Below, one piece after another: positions 23,059-33,693 of a DNA stretch of 64,000 nucleotides; within the stretch, counting starts at the first letter, position 1, and every line of letters begins with the position of its first letter. The stretch comes from Plasmodiophora brassicae (lineage: Eukaryota): NCBI GenBank assembly GCA_036867785.1, contig CP145409.1, positions 868,001-932,000 on the forward strand, written 5' to 3'. Position numbers and translations under genes: made by a program. The notes under the pieces are model-generated. The model saw only the letters and a program-made list of their open reading frames with translations. It was not told the origin of the DNA and made no database searches.

Positions 23059-24382
23059 ATGATGCCTACCCCAGGTGAACCTGTTCCGTTCGAGGCGCCG
23101 CAGTTGGATGTAGCTGATCTCAGAAACCGTCTGGCGAATGCGGTGTACCCGACGACAATCGATAGCCCCGAGAGTTGGGAGTCAGGCACTGATCTGGGTG
23201 CGCTGAAATCACTAGCTGAGTACTGGCGGAAGTCGTTTGACTTCAAGGCGTTCCAGCAACGCCTCGATCGGTTCCCACAATTCACCATATCCTTGAACGG
23301 TCTCGAACGTGTCCATTTCGTCCACGTCCGCAGTCGGCGGCCTGATGCCATTCCCATGATAATGCTTCATGGATGGCCGGGAAGCTATCTCGAGTTCACC
23401 AAGGTCATCGAGCCCCTGACCGATCCTGGTGACGATGCCCAGCCTGCTTTTCATGTCGTCGTTCCGTCACTGCCAGGGTTTGGGTTCTCGTCAGCACCCC
23501 AAAAGCCTGGGTTCGGCGTCATCAAGATCGCCGAGACGTTCGACATGCTGATGGAGCAACTGGGATACTCGCGCTACATCGCTCAAGGGGGCGACATGGG
23601 ATCGCAAGTGGCGCGCTCTCTCGGCATCTACCATTCGGACCACTGCGTCGGCGTGCACATGAACATGATCGCATTTGGTCCAAAGCTCTTCTCCGTGCAG
23701 ACCATCCACGAGATCTTATGGCTGATCGGGTTCCCCAATTCTCCTGGCAAGGACTACCTGGACCGTGCGGTCAGCCAGTATAAGGCCGGGTGTGGTTATC
23801 AGATCCTGCAGGTCACGAAGCCGCAGACCCTGGCGCCCGCCCTGATCGACTCTCCGCTGGCGCTGCTGTCCTGGCACTACGAGAAATTCGCGGGTTGGAC
23901 GGATCCGCGTCGAGGCCTCAGCGACGACGAGATCCTGTCCCATATTTCGCTGTACTGGTTCACGAAAGCAGGTGGTACCAGCATTCGCCTCTACAAGGAA
24001 CACATGTTCAAAGAAGCCATGTTACTCATGCAGACATAGTATGGGTGGAAAGCAGACCTTTGTCTGTCGTGAACCGGTCCTGACATTTCGTTACAGCTGT
24101 CCGACGAGGACAAGCCACTGCGTGTACCCGTACGAAATCATGAAGCCGTTACGCTGCTGGGTCCAGCCTTTCTTCAACCTCGTTCGGTACACGCAGGCGC
24201 CCGAAGGCGGGCATTTCGCTGCTGACGAGAACCCGACCTTCTTCGTCAAGGACGTTCGGGCCTCGGTCCCCGCCCTGCTGGAGCCTGTGGACAAATCCAT
24301 ATCCGCGTCGGTCAAGGGATTTCTCTTCTCCTGGGCCGCCACGTTCGCAGCCGTCTTCGGCTACGACCTGTACGAAAACTAA
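23059..24382 (+). CDS. Epoxide hydrolase (EHN + alpha/beta hydrolase), 2 exons
   Basis: YWRKSFDF..FPQF..HFVH..LHGWPGSYLEF, VVPSLPGFGFS, nucleophile in AQGGDMG, TKPQTL..DSP and catalytic GGHFAA. Confidence 0.93.
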
Positions 24383-24564
24383 GCAGGAGCGATTTGGTTG
24401 TGTCGACGAATACACCACGAACTGTGACAGCGGTGAACGGGGTGTGCTGCCCTACCCCTCGTTTGGGGCAGTGCGGGTCGACACCCGATTCTGCCATACC
24501 AGTTACGCCGGTATTATCGGCTACATAACATCCCAGTACGAGCATACAGCGTATTCTGATCGGC

Positions 24565-25002
24565 GATGACTCCGAAAGGAACCATTCCTCGCGGCGGAAC
24601 GTTGGTTGCGCTACACAGGTGCAGAGACTCTTAACATAACAGTTCTGGCGATGTCCATTGCTCACGTGAGCATGATCACGTCCAGATTGTTGGTCACGAC
24701 ACTGAGTCCGTTTTTGACCAGCGTCCAAGGCCATGAACGGCAATGTTATCCCCAATTCACTGCTACGCCTGGCCCATTCAAGAAGAATACGAAACTCCCA
24801 CCGTCTCACCGGTACACGCACGCACCCGAAGGTGGCTGCTGCCGAGAGGCCGACCTTCTTTCGTCAAGGACGTTCGGGGCTCGGCCCCGCCTCTGCTGGC
24901 TCCTGTCGGCAAATTCCGTACCAGCTTCGACCAGGACGTTCTTCCTTTCGTGAGCCGCCGCGTTCACTGCCGTCTCCGGGTGCGGCCTATACGATGATTA
25001 AC
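24565..25002 (+). pseudogene. Decayed tandem duplicate of the epoxide hydrolase gene
   Basis: 24810-25002 (cggtacacgcacgcacccgaaggtgg...gtcaaggacgttcggggctcggccccgcc...tacgatgattaa) aligns by eye with 24185-24382 (cggtacacgcaggcgcccgaaggcgg...gtcaaggacgttcgggcctcggtccccgcc...tacgaaaactaa), with indels and loss of the catalytic His codon. A weaker HGWP-like remnant (YAWP) lies near 24760. The 5' boundary is uncertain. Confidence 0.75.
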
Positions 25003-25240
25003 CGGAAACAGCATGGCGTTCGTGGAGGGTGGTGCGCAAAGACTGGCAACACAATGTTCTGCAGGTCATGCTATTCTGCAACCCATGCCATGCGTTGTCC
25101 GGATAGTTGGATCGAAGAAGATATTATTTCCTGTTGCTCCACTTGGTTGCCAGTCGTGCGCGTCCACCTCGCGTCGTCCTTGGGTTGGCCAGCAGTCATT
25201 GTTCCTGGTAGGCGTGGGGAACAGCTCCGCGCCTTCAGCC

Positions 25241-26178
25241 ATGTCGTCGTCAAGAGAGGTAGTGATCGTGAAGGTAGACGGTGACATCCTGACGCACAAG
25301 GTCATCCACCTGTTGTCGCACCTGGTGTACGCTCATACTACCCTCGTTTTAACAGAAGACCGAAGTCCAAGTCAACCACGATGGCATCAAAGACCTCGTC
25401 GCCGTCATTTCAGAGGTGGCCACGTGCGTCAAATGTCACGTTCCGTCCGTAACCGCATTGGGGTCGACAGGTCTACAAACGGAAGAACAGTCCGGCGATG
25501 GTCATCGTCCATGGTATTGGGGAGTTTGCGCGCCGTTCGTCGCTGCTCGACGCGGCAGGACAGGCGACATCGGCCACAGCGACCCGAGCCAAGTCACAAA
25601 TCCACAGTGGGATCGCTATTCTGAATGCCTCAGTCGTCAAGGCCCTCTGCGCTGCCGGCGTCCCCGCGTTCAACCTGACGACATTCCTTGAGAGCAACGA
25701 TTCGCTCTCGGGCAAAGTCAAGTCGCTTCTGTCCCTGCAAAGCGTCCCCGTCATCTCCAGCGACGTCACGTTGTCACCCGGTAATACGATCCATATCAAC
25801 GGTTCCGACATGATCGTATCGTCCCTGGCCAGGGCGCTACCCTGTACCCGGGTCGTCTTCCTCACAGGTACCGCTCCCGAAAGTGCTGTCGGCACCTTTG
25901 TCATCTGACGCTCGCCTGAAGATGCCGATGGCGTATTCGGAATGTCTCCAGCGGACGACAGCTTCTTGATTCGTCGCATGAACCAGAAGGACACAGTTGC
26001 CAGACCTAACGACAGCCCCGGGATGGTGTCGAAACTGACGGCGGCGCAGGCCATCGCCGGCGCTGGCATCGACGTCTTCATGACCAACTGCCATTCGATG
26101 CAGAACTCGGTGCACGCCTGCACAGGAACCATTACCGACGACTGGATCGGGACGCATATCAGCAACGACGAAGCATGA
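25241..26178 (+). CDS. Amino-acid-kinase-fold protein, isopentenyl phosphate kinase-like, with divergent motifs (multi-exon)
   Basis: VIVKVDGDILTHK, VIVHGIGEFAR, VPVISSDV, INGSDMIV, VVFLT/DADGVF and PGMVSKL..AIAGAGIDV match the motif order of IPK (KLGGS, HGxGSFGH, PVLxGD, SGD, DVDGV, GGMxxK). Confidence 0.75.
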
Positions 26179-26183
26179 AAATA

Positions 26184-27538
26184 TCATTGACTATTCGCAA
26201 TGTATCCCTCGATCAGTGCAAAGGCCTCGGGCGCCATGTCCCTTAGCGTCTGGCGATCTCGCAGACCGACCTCAGTGAGCTCGTCCGTGCTCAGGCCACA
26301 GTAGACGACGACCATCTCGGCCATGTACTCGTCCCTGTTCGTGGAGGCGTAGATGCTGCCGAGCGTGCCACGAGCCTTGTGCCGTTCATAGGCGTCAGCG
26401 ACCTTCCAGTGGAACGCAGGGTCCTTCTGACGAATCGCCATGTCGACCCCATGGAACACTTCGTGGCATGTCAAAGCACCCGGCGGCCAGCCCCCAACGC
26501 CGTCCACCAGGTCCTCTCGCGACGAGAACTGACCACGACAGCATCAGAGGTATTAGGTGGGAACGGCAATGGGAACAGGTACAATGAAAGGGCAACAGGT
26601 ACAGTTGCGCCCGTCTTCGACGCGATGTCGACCTTCCTTCTTCCCGACGAACTCGGGAATTTGGCACAAGTTCTCGTTCCTGCGCACGGGTTCAGTCTGC
26701 GGCGGCGAGAGAGCGGCTTGTTCGTTATCGGCAACCGACGTTCTGTCGTCGAGGATGACAAGGCGCATTGGGCCAGGATCGTCGCCTGCCGCCGACCCGA
26801 TCGGCGATCGGAAGGTGGCGCAGGCAGCCCGAGCCGCCGGACTGAAACACGCCCTGATCAACGTGACGGCCGCGGGCAGCACAGGGCCTGCTGCCTGGCT
26901 ACAGCAGACCCAGAGGCCTTCGCAGTTCACCGATTGGTAGAAAGACGGGTCGCCGCCTGTAAACTCGGCCGGCCTAGGTGCCATCAGAAGGCCCCTGCGG
27001 AAAGTGTCAGAATCGGGCGGGATGGAATCGCGGCCTGGAGGTGTCCAACGCGCCTGTAGCAGACATCATGAAGGTCGCCCACAGTCTCCAGAGGGCGGTC
27101 ATCGGACGGCTCGGCGGTTAATCCAAACAACTGCCATTCGGACACCCAGGTCGGTGTCTCTGTCAGGCCGCCAACGCTGTCGTCGATGCGCCACCGCCTC
27201 AGGCTGCGCCAGGTGTGGTCGGCGACCCGTTCCTGGAGCGTCAGGTGCGCTCCCACAGCGTCCGCGATGATGCGACAATCGACGACAATATCGTCGGTGG
27301 TGATGCCCAGCCAGATGCGATGGCTGGTCGGGTGACCACGCCCGCCCCAGACCATTGCGTTCTCCTCGAACGCGTTCTCGGCGGCGTATCCCGTCTGGTC
27401 GCAGGACCCTGAACAGATGACGGAGGAACGTCGCACTTCGGCCCCGTTGGCGCCCACGAACACGATCCGCTCGATATCCAGCTTCCAGGCGTCCTGCCAC
27501 GGTTCGCAAGGCTCGTAGAAGACGCGATACGTTCTCAT
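26184..27538 (-). CDS. Zincin metallopeptidase-like protein (HExxH) with an N-terminal beta-rich domain (multi-exon)
   Basis: C-terminal exon TCHEVFHGVD..YASTNRDEYMAE..LRDMAPEAFALI matches the HExxH..YA.TN..EYxAE..L...xP pattern of MtfA/anthrax-LF-like zincins. Confidence 0.7.
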
Positions 27539-27708
27539 CTGGTCGCGAGGCCGACACAGTAATGAAACGTGGCTCTGTACAGGCGCCGCCCAGTTGTGTT
27601 TACTCCTAAGACGAATGCCACGACCAATACAGTCAACATGGACACGCACTCGCCTGGGACAGCAATACTCTGTAATAGCCATACGATGCAGGACGAAGTC
27701 GGCTTGAA

Positions 27709-28293
27709 TCACAACTCAGCGCGGCCCATGTCGCCAAGCTTGTCCTGGATCTTCCGGACCATGGCGTTCATGAGGATGCTCTGCGCCTTCGGGTCATCCT
27801 TCGTCTGCTCCATTATCGTCTGCATCTTGGCGAACCAGTTCGGGTTGCCGAGGATCTCGCCGAAGTCGCGACCCTGCTCGACATGATGCAGAATGTCCTC
27901 CATGGGCGCCTTGCTCAGGTGGTCGATGCCTTCCGACAACGCCGATTCCAACTCGGTAATCGTCGAGGCATGCTCGTCCGTGTGCGTTTCGGCGCCTTCG
28001 CCATTGAGGCCGGCGAACATGTCAAACAGCCCATCGTTTTTCGCCTTCTCCAGCAGTTCACTGAAATCCGGGAGGGCCGAACCGCGTCGCGACGACTTCG
28101 CTCGGGGCACCTCGGCGCTTTCCTCATGGTGCGAACGCGGCACGTCGTCCGTGTCGTGATGCGGCATCGTCTTCGTAACGGAGGGATCCGCAGTCGGTGC
28201 GATAGGCTCATCGACGTGAACGTCGCGCCCGACAACGACGACAGCGGCGATCGCGGCGACGACAACAACAACGACAACGGCAACGCTCCGCAT
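27709..28293 (-). CDS. Secretory-pathway protein with a C-terminal RAEL (KDEL-like) signal
   Basis: Hydrophobic signal peptide MRSVAVVVVVVVAAIAAVVVVG, acidic/His-rich region, Met-rich helical C-terminus ending in RAEL*. Confidence 0.75.
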   Translation of the reverse strand: MRSVAVVVVVVVAAIAAVVVVGRDVHVDEPIAPTADPSVTKTMPHHDTDDVPRSHHEESAEVPRAKSSRRGSALPDFSELLEKAKNDGLFDMFAGLNGEGAETHTDEHASTITELESALSEGIDHLSKAPMEDILHHVEQGRDFGEILGNPNWFAKMQTIMEQTKDDPKAQSILMNAMVRKIQDKLGDMGRAEL

Positions 28294-29525
28294 AGTTGTG
28301 GCTGCAATTTAGACCAATGGACGAGGGCCGGGCGGGCGCGCGCGGCGTTGCCATGACCTGTGCGCCACTGCCACTGCTAAATTTAGGCGCTGGTGCATTC
28401 CGTACCGGCCGGGCGTCACGGGCTTGAGGCGGCGTTGCATCTGCGTCTGCGTAGTAGACAAGCCTCGGTTCATCCTCGCTGCAGAGCCAGATCCTTCGGC
28501 CGCTGTGAATATGTGTCACCAATGTCGATGGGGGCCGTAACGCAGTCGGGTCGGCTGTTAACGCATGGGAGGACGTATACGGCAAGGGCCGGAGTCGGTG
28601 CGAGTCCTTCGTGAGGGTTGGAGTTCATCGCGTACCATCGTCGCGTTTGCGCGACCCCTTGCTATTACCGTTATGGGGTTCGACAACGCGGCTTCCGAAA
28701 TGTACGCGTTTGCTCGCTCGCACATCTCCTTCACGATCATATCCAACAACCGGGTTGCTCACGGCCCCTCTCAGGCATGACGCTGGTTCCCAAATTGTCA
28801 TCGTTCGCGTCGATCAGGCAGCCGTTAATTCCCGAACTGAAATTGCATGCCAGCGAAGGGAGTGATCCGAAGCCGGCTGTACCGCTATCGATGCCGAAAA
28901 CTTGGCTTTTGCCTAGCATGAATGTCATAACAGTAAGGTTGGAATGGTTCTGCTTATCATGCTCCTGTTAATTCTGCGTTGTAATGTGTATACTCTACGA
29001 ACATGCCTATTTGGAAGGGCCATTGAATATACAGATGGATCTCTCTACCTGTCATTCGGCGACGTCGACTTGAACTCAATCGGGTACTTCACTGGTCCTG
29101 AGACACGCAATGTGAAACTCTCCATTAGTCGCCGGTAATGTCTCTTCCAAAGATTTGCAAGGGTGGTCTCTACCGCGGCGTTTCGCTGCCTGCGAGGCTG
29201 CAGTAATCCGGTTTGACGAAATAAAGATCCAGTTACGTTAAAGGTACAACAGGATGGCATCAACACGCCAGTAAATCATAGGTGCGGGACTGGAACGAAT
29301 TGCGTCAATGCCAAGAAGCAGCCGGCTCGTCCACACCTTCTTGGTAGAGTATCGGTTTGTGGATGTCATCCGAATGCGGCAAGGTCACGACGTGCAGTTT
29401 ACGTAAATAATCCACTGGCATGGACATCAGCGAATCCGAAGAGGTGTGCTCATATTTATGTGATACGATATAACGTAGTCGACAATGTCGTGCCCCACGA
29501 CGATCACGAACGTGGGTTATGCCTA

Positions 29526-30893
29526 TTAGTCGCTGTACCGACGTGGGCGTTTGGGGCGCAGACTCATGGTCCTGCCATTGTCGGGTTGGATAGGGCCTTC
29601 AGGCGATTGGTCTTCCTCTGCTTTCGAGCCGCCACTCCCCAATCCAGCTGCGCCTTCCTCGTCCTCTTCGCCATCATCAACGTTGTCGGCATCAGATGGA
29701 CCGAGTTCGTCTTCTTCCTTGGAAAGCTCCATCATGATGCGCCATTTCTTGGCAAGGCTCTTCGTTGACCGCTCCGGGTTCTCGCCCCAATACTTCAACT
29801 GGATCTGCTTCCAATTCGTGCCAAACTCCTCCACGCCATCCTTCAGATGCTGTTCCTCTTCAGGTGTGTAGAACCGCATGACGCGCCCCGAGCGATTCTT
29901 TCGCGAAGTCCTTTTACGAGGCGCAGTCGCTTGAGCAGATGGTTGTGCTCCGACCTCAGGCTCCTCAGGAAGACCGCCTCCAGGTTGATCGCCAATCGGT
30001 TCCCCTGACTTCAGCGACTTCACCGACCCGGTATCCTCAGACACATCCATCGACGATACAGGTAGTTGGCCAGGAGCGGCAAGATCTTGGCTCTGCGTCT
30101 CTTCGATTGACATTGATGGGACAACGCCTTCCTCCTCATCCTCTTTCACGCGCCGGCGACGTTTACGGGATGGCTTCGGCGGACCGTACTGGATCAGGCC
30201 CCAGCGTTCCATAAGCGCCTCCGCATCGCGACCTCGAAAATCATATTTGCGAAGGATCTGGGTCCAGTTTGTCCCGAACTCGGCAACCCCCAATCGCAGG
30301 TGTTCAACGTCACGAGCCGTCCATCGCTTGGCGACATATCCAGGAGGGTAGGACGACGACGGCGGCGGCTTGGTGGACAGGAATTCGTCGTCAGAATACG
30401 AAATGCCATGCTGATCTTCAGAGTCGGAGTCGGCGACGGCTCCTCTGACATTGTAATCGTGAGAGTAGCCGCTGCGATGCAGGCGAAATGCGACATAGAT
30501 GTAGTCGTGCGCCAGGCAGAAACGCATGTAGGTTCCTGGATCGTAATCGGCGATATCGCAGCTGAACTCTCGATCCTTGGATCGGAACACGAACCAGCCA
30601 GGTTGCAGGACGCCGTCGTTTTCGAGACGCTGGGCGATCAGGTCCGGTGCGGGTGCCTTCTCATTACAGAACGCTAGCGCGTCGCTAAGGACGCCCAGGA
30701 ACGTCCTGGTCGTTCCAGGCGACATATCGTGATCAATGACCTCGCACTGGACGCCGTTGACGAGGCGATGATCGAAAGAACGTGGATACTCGGTCATGTC
30801 GACCGGTACACAACTACGATCGTTACAAGGTTCCCAAGGGACCACGTGTACTCTCTGGGAGAACGTCTCGGCCTTTGCGGACTTGGTCAACAT
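29526..30893 (-). CDS. Protein with two telobox-type Myb/SANT domains (TRF/Tay1-like); true start may be the ATG at 30797
   Basis: WTARDVEHLRLGVAEFGTNWTQILRKYDFRGRDAEALMERW and YTPEEEQHLKDGVEEFGTNWKQIQLKYW..RSTKSLAKKWR, plus basic NLS-like segments. Confidence 0.85.
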   Translation of the reverse strand: MLTKSAKAETFSQRVHVVPWEPCNDRSCVPVDMTEYPRSFDHRLVNGVQCEVIDHDMSPGTTRTFLGVLSDALAFCNEKAPAPDLIAQRLENDGVLQPGWFVFRSKDREFSCDIADYDPGTYMRFCLAHDYIYVAFRLHRSGYSHDYNVRGAVADSDSEDQHGISYSDDEFLSTKPPPSSSYPPGYVAKRWTARDVEHLRLGVAEFGTNWTQILRKYDFRGRDAEALMERWGLIQYGPPKPSRKRRRRVKEDEEEGVVPSMSIEETQSQDLAAPGQLPVSSMDVSEDTGSVKSLKSGEPIGDQPGGGLPEEPEVGAQPSAQATAPRKRTSRKNRSGRVMRFYTPEEEQHLKDGVEEFGTNWKQIQLKYWGENPERSTKSLAKKWRIMMELSKEEDELGPSDADNVDDGEEDEEGAAGLGSGGSKAEEDQSPEGPIQPDNGRTMSLRPKRPRRYSD

Positions 30894-31265
30894 TCAAGTC
30901 CGGCCACCCGTGGGCCTTGCCCGACTGGCGCACAGCCCTCACTTGCATTCCTCCTCAGGATCGTGTCATGCAGTGCTCATTCTATGCCTGATTCAACGCC
31001 AAGTTCTATGCCGAACGCCAGAGCAAAGGTCACCCGCATGACACACACGCAATGGCAGCTCGTGCATACTCATACTGGATTCCAATGCGGGAAACGGCCT
31101 AAATGAGGGCCTGTCATCAGTGAAACAGGAAGACTTGTTTAGGCAGACATGCCCACGCAGCGAAATGCTGTGAAGATACCACATTCGACGCCACAGTTCA
31201 GTTGGTGTCTGCGCGATTTTGGGACGTGGTACAATACAAGAAGTAAATACCGGATTGTCGTCGCC

Positions 31266-32409
31266 ATGCTGAATCGAGGTGATGCGGGCGGTTCGGCCGG
31301 GCGCGAAGGCGATGTCGAGACGGGCGTGTTGCTTGATTCCGAGGAGCGTGGCCACGAGGAGGGTGTTGACCCACGCGGCCGCGTCAAGCAAGCTCCCTGG
31401 CACCAACGGGTGATGCTTAGTGACTGGGTGGTCTGTGGGATGTTGTTGGCCGTTAGCGCTGTGGTACGGTTGTTCGAACCCTTCCATCAGCTTGTAACCC
31501 CAGGAGACCCACATCTTTCTGTTAGTCAACTGTGTATTCGAGCCCGCTTGATTTCTGAATTGCGTACGATAGTTCCCAGTGTCACATGAAACCGTGCCGA
31601 CCTGGTTGGTGACCTTGCTGGGCATCGGGGTTCCCGTCTCCGTGTGGTACTTACAGAGCCGTTTCATCAAGTACGATCCCAGGGAATTATTACGGTCGAC
31701 GGTTGGCCCCGGTCCATTGCTGTCGTGTTTAATTCAGCTGGATAACCATATATTGCAGCTGGGCCTGGCCGAATCCATCTCTCTAACCGTGTGCCTTACC
31801 GCGTGTATGAAGAACGTGGCGGGACGACCGCGACCGAACTTCTTCGAGCTCTGCAAATATTCTGATGGTGCATGTCGTGGATCTGTACGTTCTATTCCAG
31901 GCATTAGTGGCTAAGTGTTCATTCGACATTTTCAGGCATCCAATATTGCCAAAGCATTCCGATCATTTCCGTCTGGACATTCGTCATTTGCCTTTTCCAG
32001 TCAGCGTTTCCCCGAAAATTTAGTACTTATCATTCTGAACGCTGACACTTTTCCAGGTCTGTTCTTCTTGACCCTGTGGCTGATGGGAAAATCAAGAGTA
32101 ATGAAATCGTCCAGCATGCAGTTCGGAAGGCTACTCCTCTGTTTAACGCCAACCGGGTCCTTTCGATAGATGAGCCATTCTGTCGCAAAATCGCTGATTA
32201 CATTTGATAGACTGGCTCTCTTCATAGCCCTCACGAGGACACGTGATAGTTGGCACCATTTCAGCGATATTGTTGCAGGGGCAGTTATTGGCGCGTTTAT
32301 TGCTCTTTGTGTCTATCACCTGCATTTCCGCTCCATATTCTGCGATGTTCATCTCAAAGAAACTGTAGATGGCAACAAGAACTCGCAAACACGAAACGTG
32401 GCCGTATAA
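31266..32409 (+). CDS. PAP2 lipid phosphate phosphatase (multi-exon)
   Basis: C1 KNVAGRPRPNFF, C2 SFPSGHSSFAF, C3 TRTRDSWHHFSDIVAG; multiple TM segments. Confidence 0.92.
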
Positions 32410-32973
32410 CTATACAGTAAACGTCATCGTTCTATACTGTAGTGCCTGCTGCGCTATAAGTATTAGCCTATCGTTTTCCTAAAACTTGATAACGCGACAT
32501 GACTGTTTTGGTGCAGCCACCGATATGCTCATGCAGAGCATTAACTGGGGCACCTGCACACGACATGCTTATGAAACGTTTGCCTGATCCGCGCCGGTAC
32601 TGAGATGCTCACTTGAAAGATGATAATTTCTCAAGTGCAACTGAAAACCCACAGATTATCCTGTCAACGTAAGTGCCGCCAACGAAGGGAGGAGCGTAAT
32701 CCTAGACCCCCGTTACATACGCCCACTGGTGAATTGCCAGTAACGTTTCCCAGTCGAAGCTACACTCTCGGCTTGACTGTAAAGACCTCAAATGACGTAA
32801 CCGTGTCCAGTCACCATCCGCGTCGAGCGCGCGACCGAGTGATGCTGCATGGCAATGGGGAATTTTCATTGTCTACGTGAGTGCATGGCACCTTGGGTTT
32901 GTTCATTCTGCAATCGGCTCGTCAAGGTTCACATCGACTTCGTGCGGAGCTTCAAGGCACCAGTATCCTCAAC

Positions 32974-33453
32974 ATGACAGCCACCAGTCTCACCTGTGAG
33001 AACCAGCCATTCAGTCCTTGCAGTCAAGGCTACGACTCCTCCCAAAGCCAGGTCTACCCAAGCCAGTCAGCCCCGTTCGGCTATCAGGGTCGCTGTCTCG
33101 CACGCAACCACTTACGGGCTGAGATTAAGGACAACATCACAAACTACCTGCTCGACATCGAAACGCCGGGTGTCAAGAAGGACGACGTGCAGATCGGCTT
33201 CGAGACCGCGAACATGTTGAACGTCACTGTGAACTTCACGAAACACCATTCGCAACTGGAGCGAGGCAAGATGCTGTACGCGGAGCGCGGCGATGGCATC
33301 ATGCTGCGCCAGTTCAAGCTCCCTATCGACGCCGACCTGACCAAAATCCAAGCCAAGCAGGACGTCCAGGCCGGCATCCTGCGCGTGACGCTCGGCAAGC
33401 TGGTCTGTGCCCAGTTGCAGCAGCAACAGATGTCATCCGTGCAGGTACAGTGA
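32974..33453 (+). CDS. Small heat shock protein (HSP20/alpha-crystallin)
   Basis: IETPGVKKDDVQI..YAERGDGIMLRQFKLPIDADLTKIQAK..GILRVTLGK. Confidence 0.88.
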   Translation: MTATSLTCENQPFSPCSQGYDSSQSQVYPSQSAPFGYQGRCLARNHLRAEIKDNITNYLLDIETPGVKKDDVQIGFETANMLNVTVNFTKHHSQLERGKMLYAERGDGIMLRQFKLPIDADLTKIQAKQDVQAGILRVTLGKLVCAQLQQQQMSSVQVQ

Positions 33454-33693
33454 TTCAGCCGCGATCTCGTCTCGTGCTGGTGCCTCCGAGGCGTTACCAA
33501 CCTGATAAATGCATTGCCTACGTTGAGGCCCAAACAGTCTGTACGTGTCCTAACCCGTGGCGAAACGATTGACAGCAGCGACAATCACGGCGTTCATTTC
33601 GTATGTGGAACTGCTAGTTCACATCAGAGCATCTGCAAAGGAACTGTCAGTTTATAGCGAGAAAGAATAGTGTACGAATATCAACCTCGCCGT

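Noticed and set aside
24036-24097. Apparent premature TAG in the epoxide hydrolase, and similar apparent frameshifts in CHS, OGDH, SurE and IFT74
   Set aside because: Explained by canonical short GT-AG introns (e.g. ACATA|gtatgg...ttacag|CTGT); no evidence of pseudogenisation or recoding.
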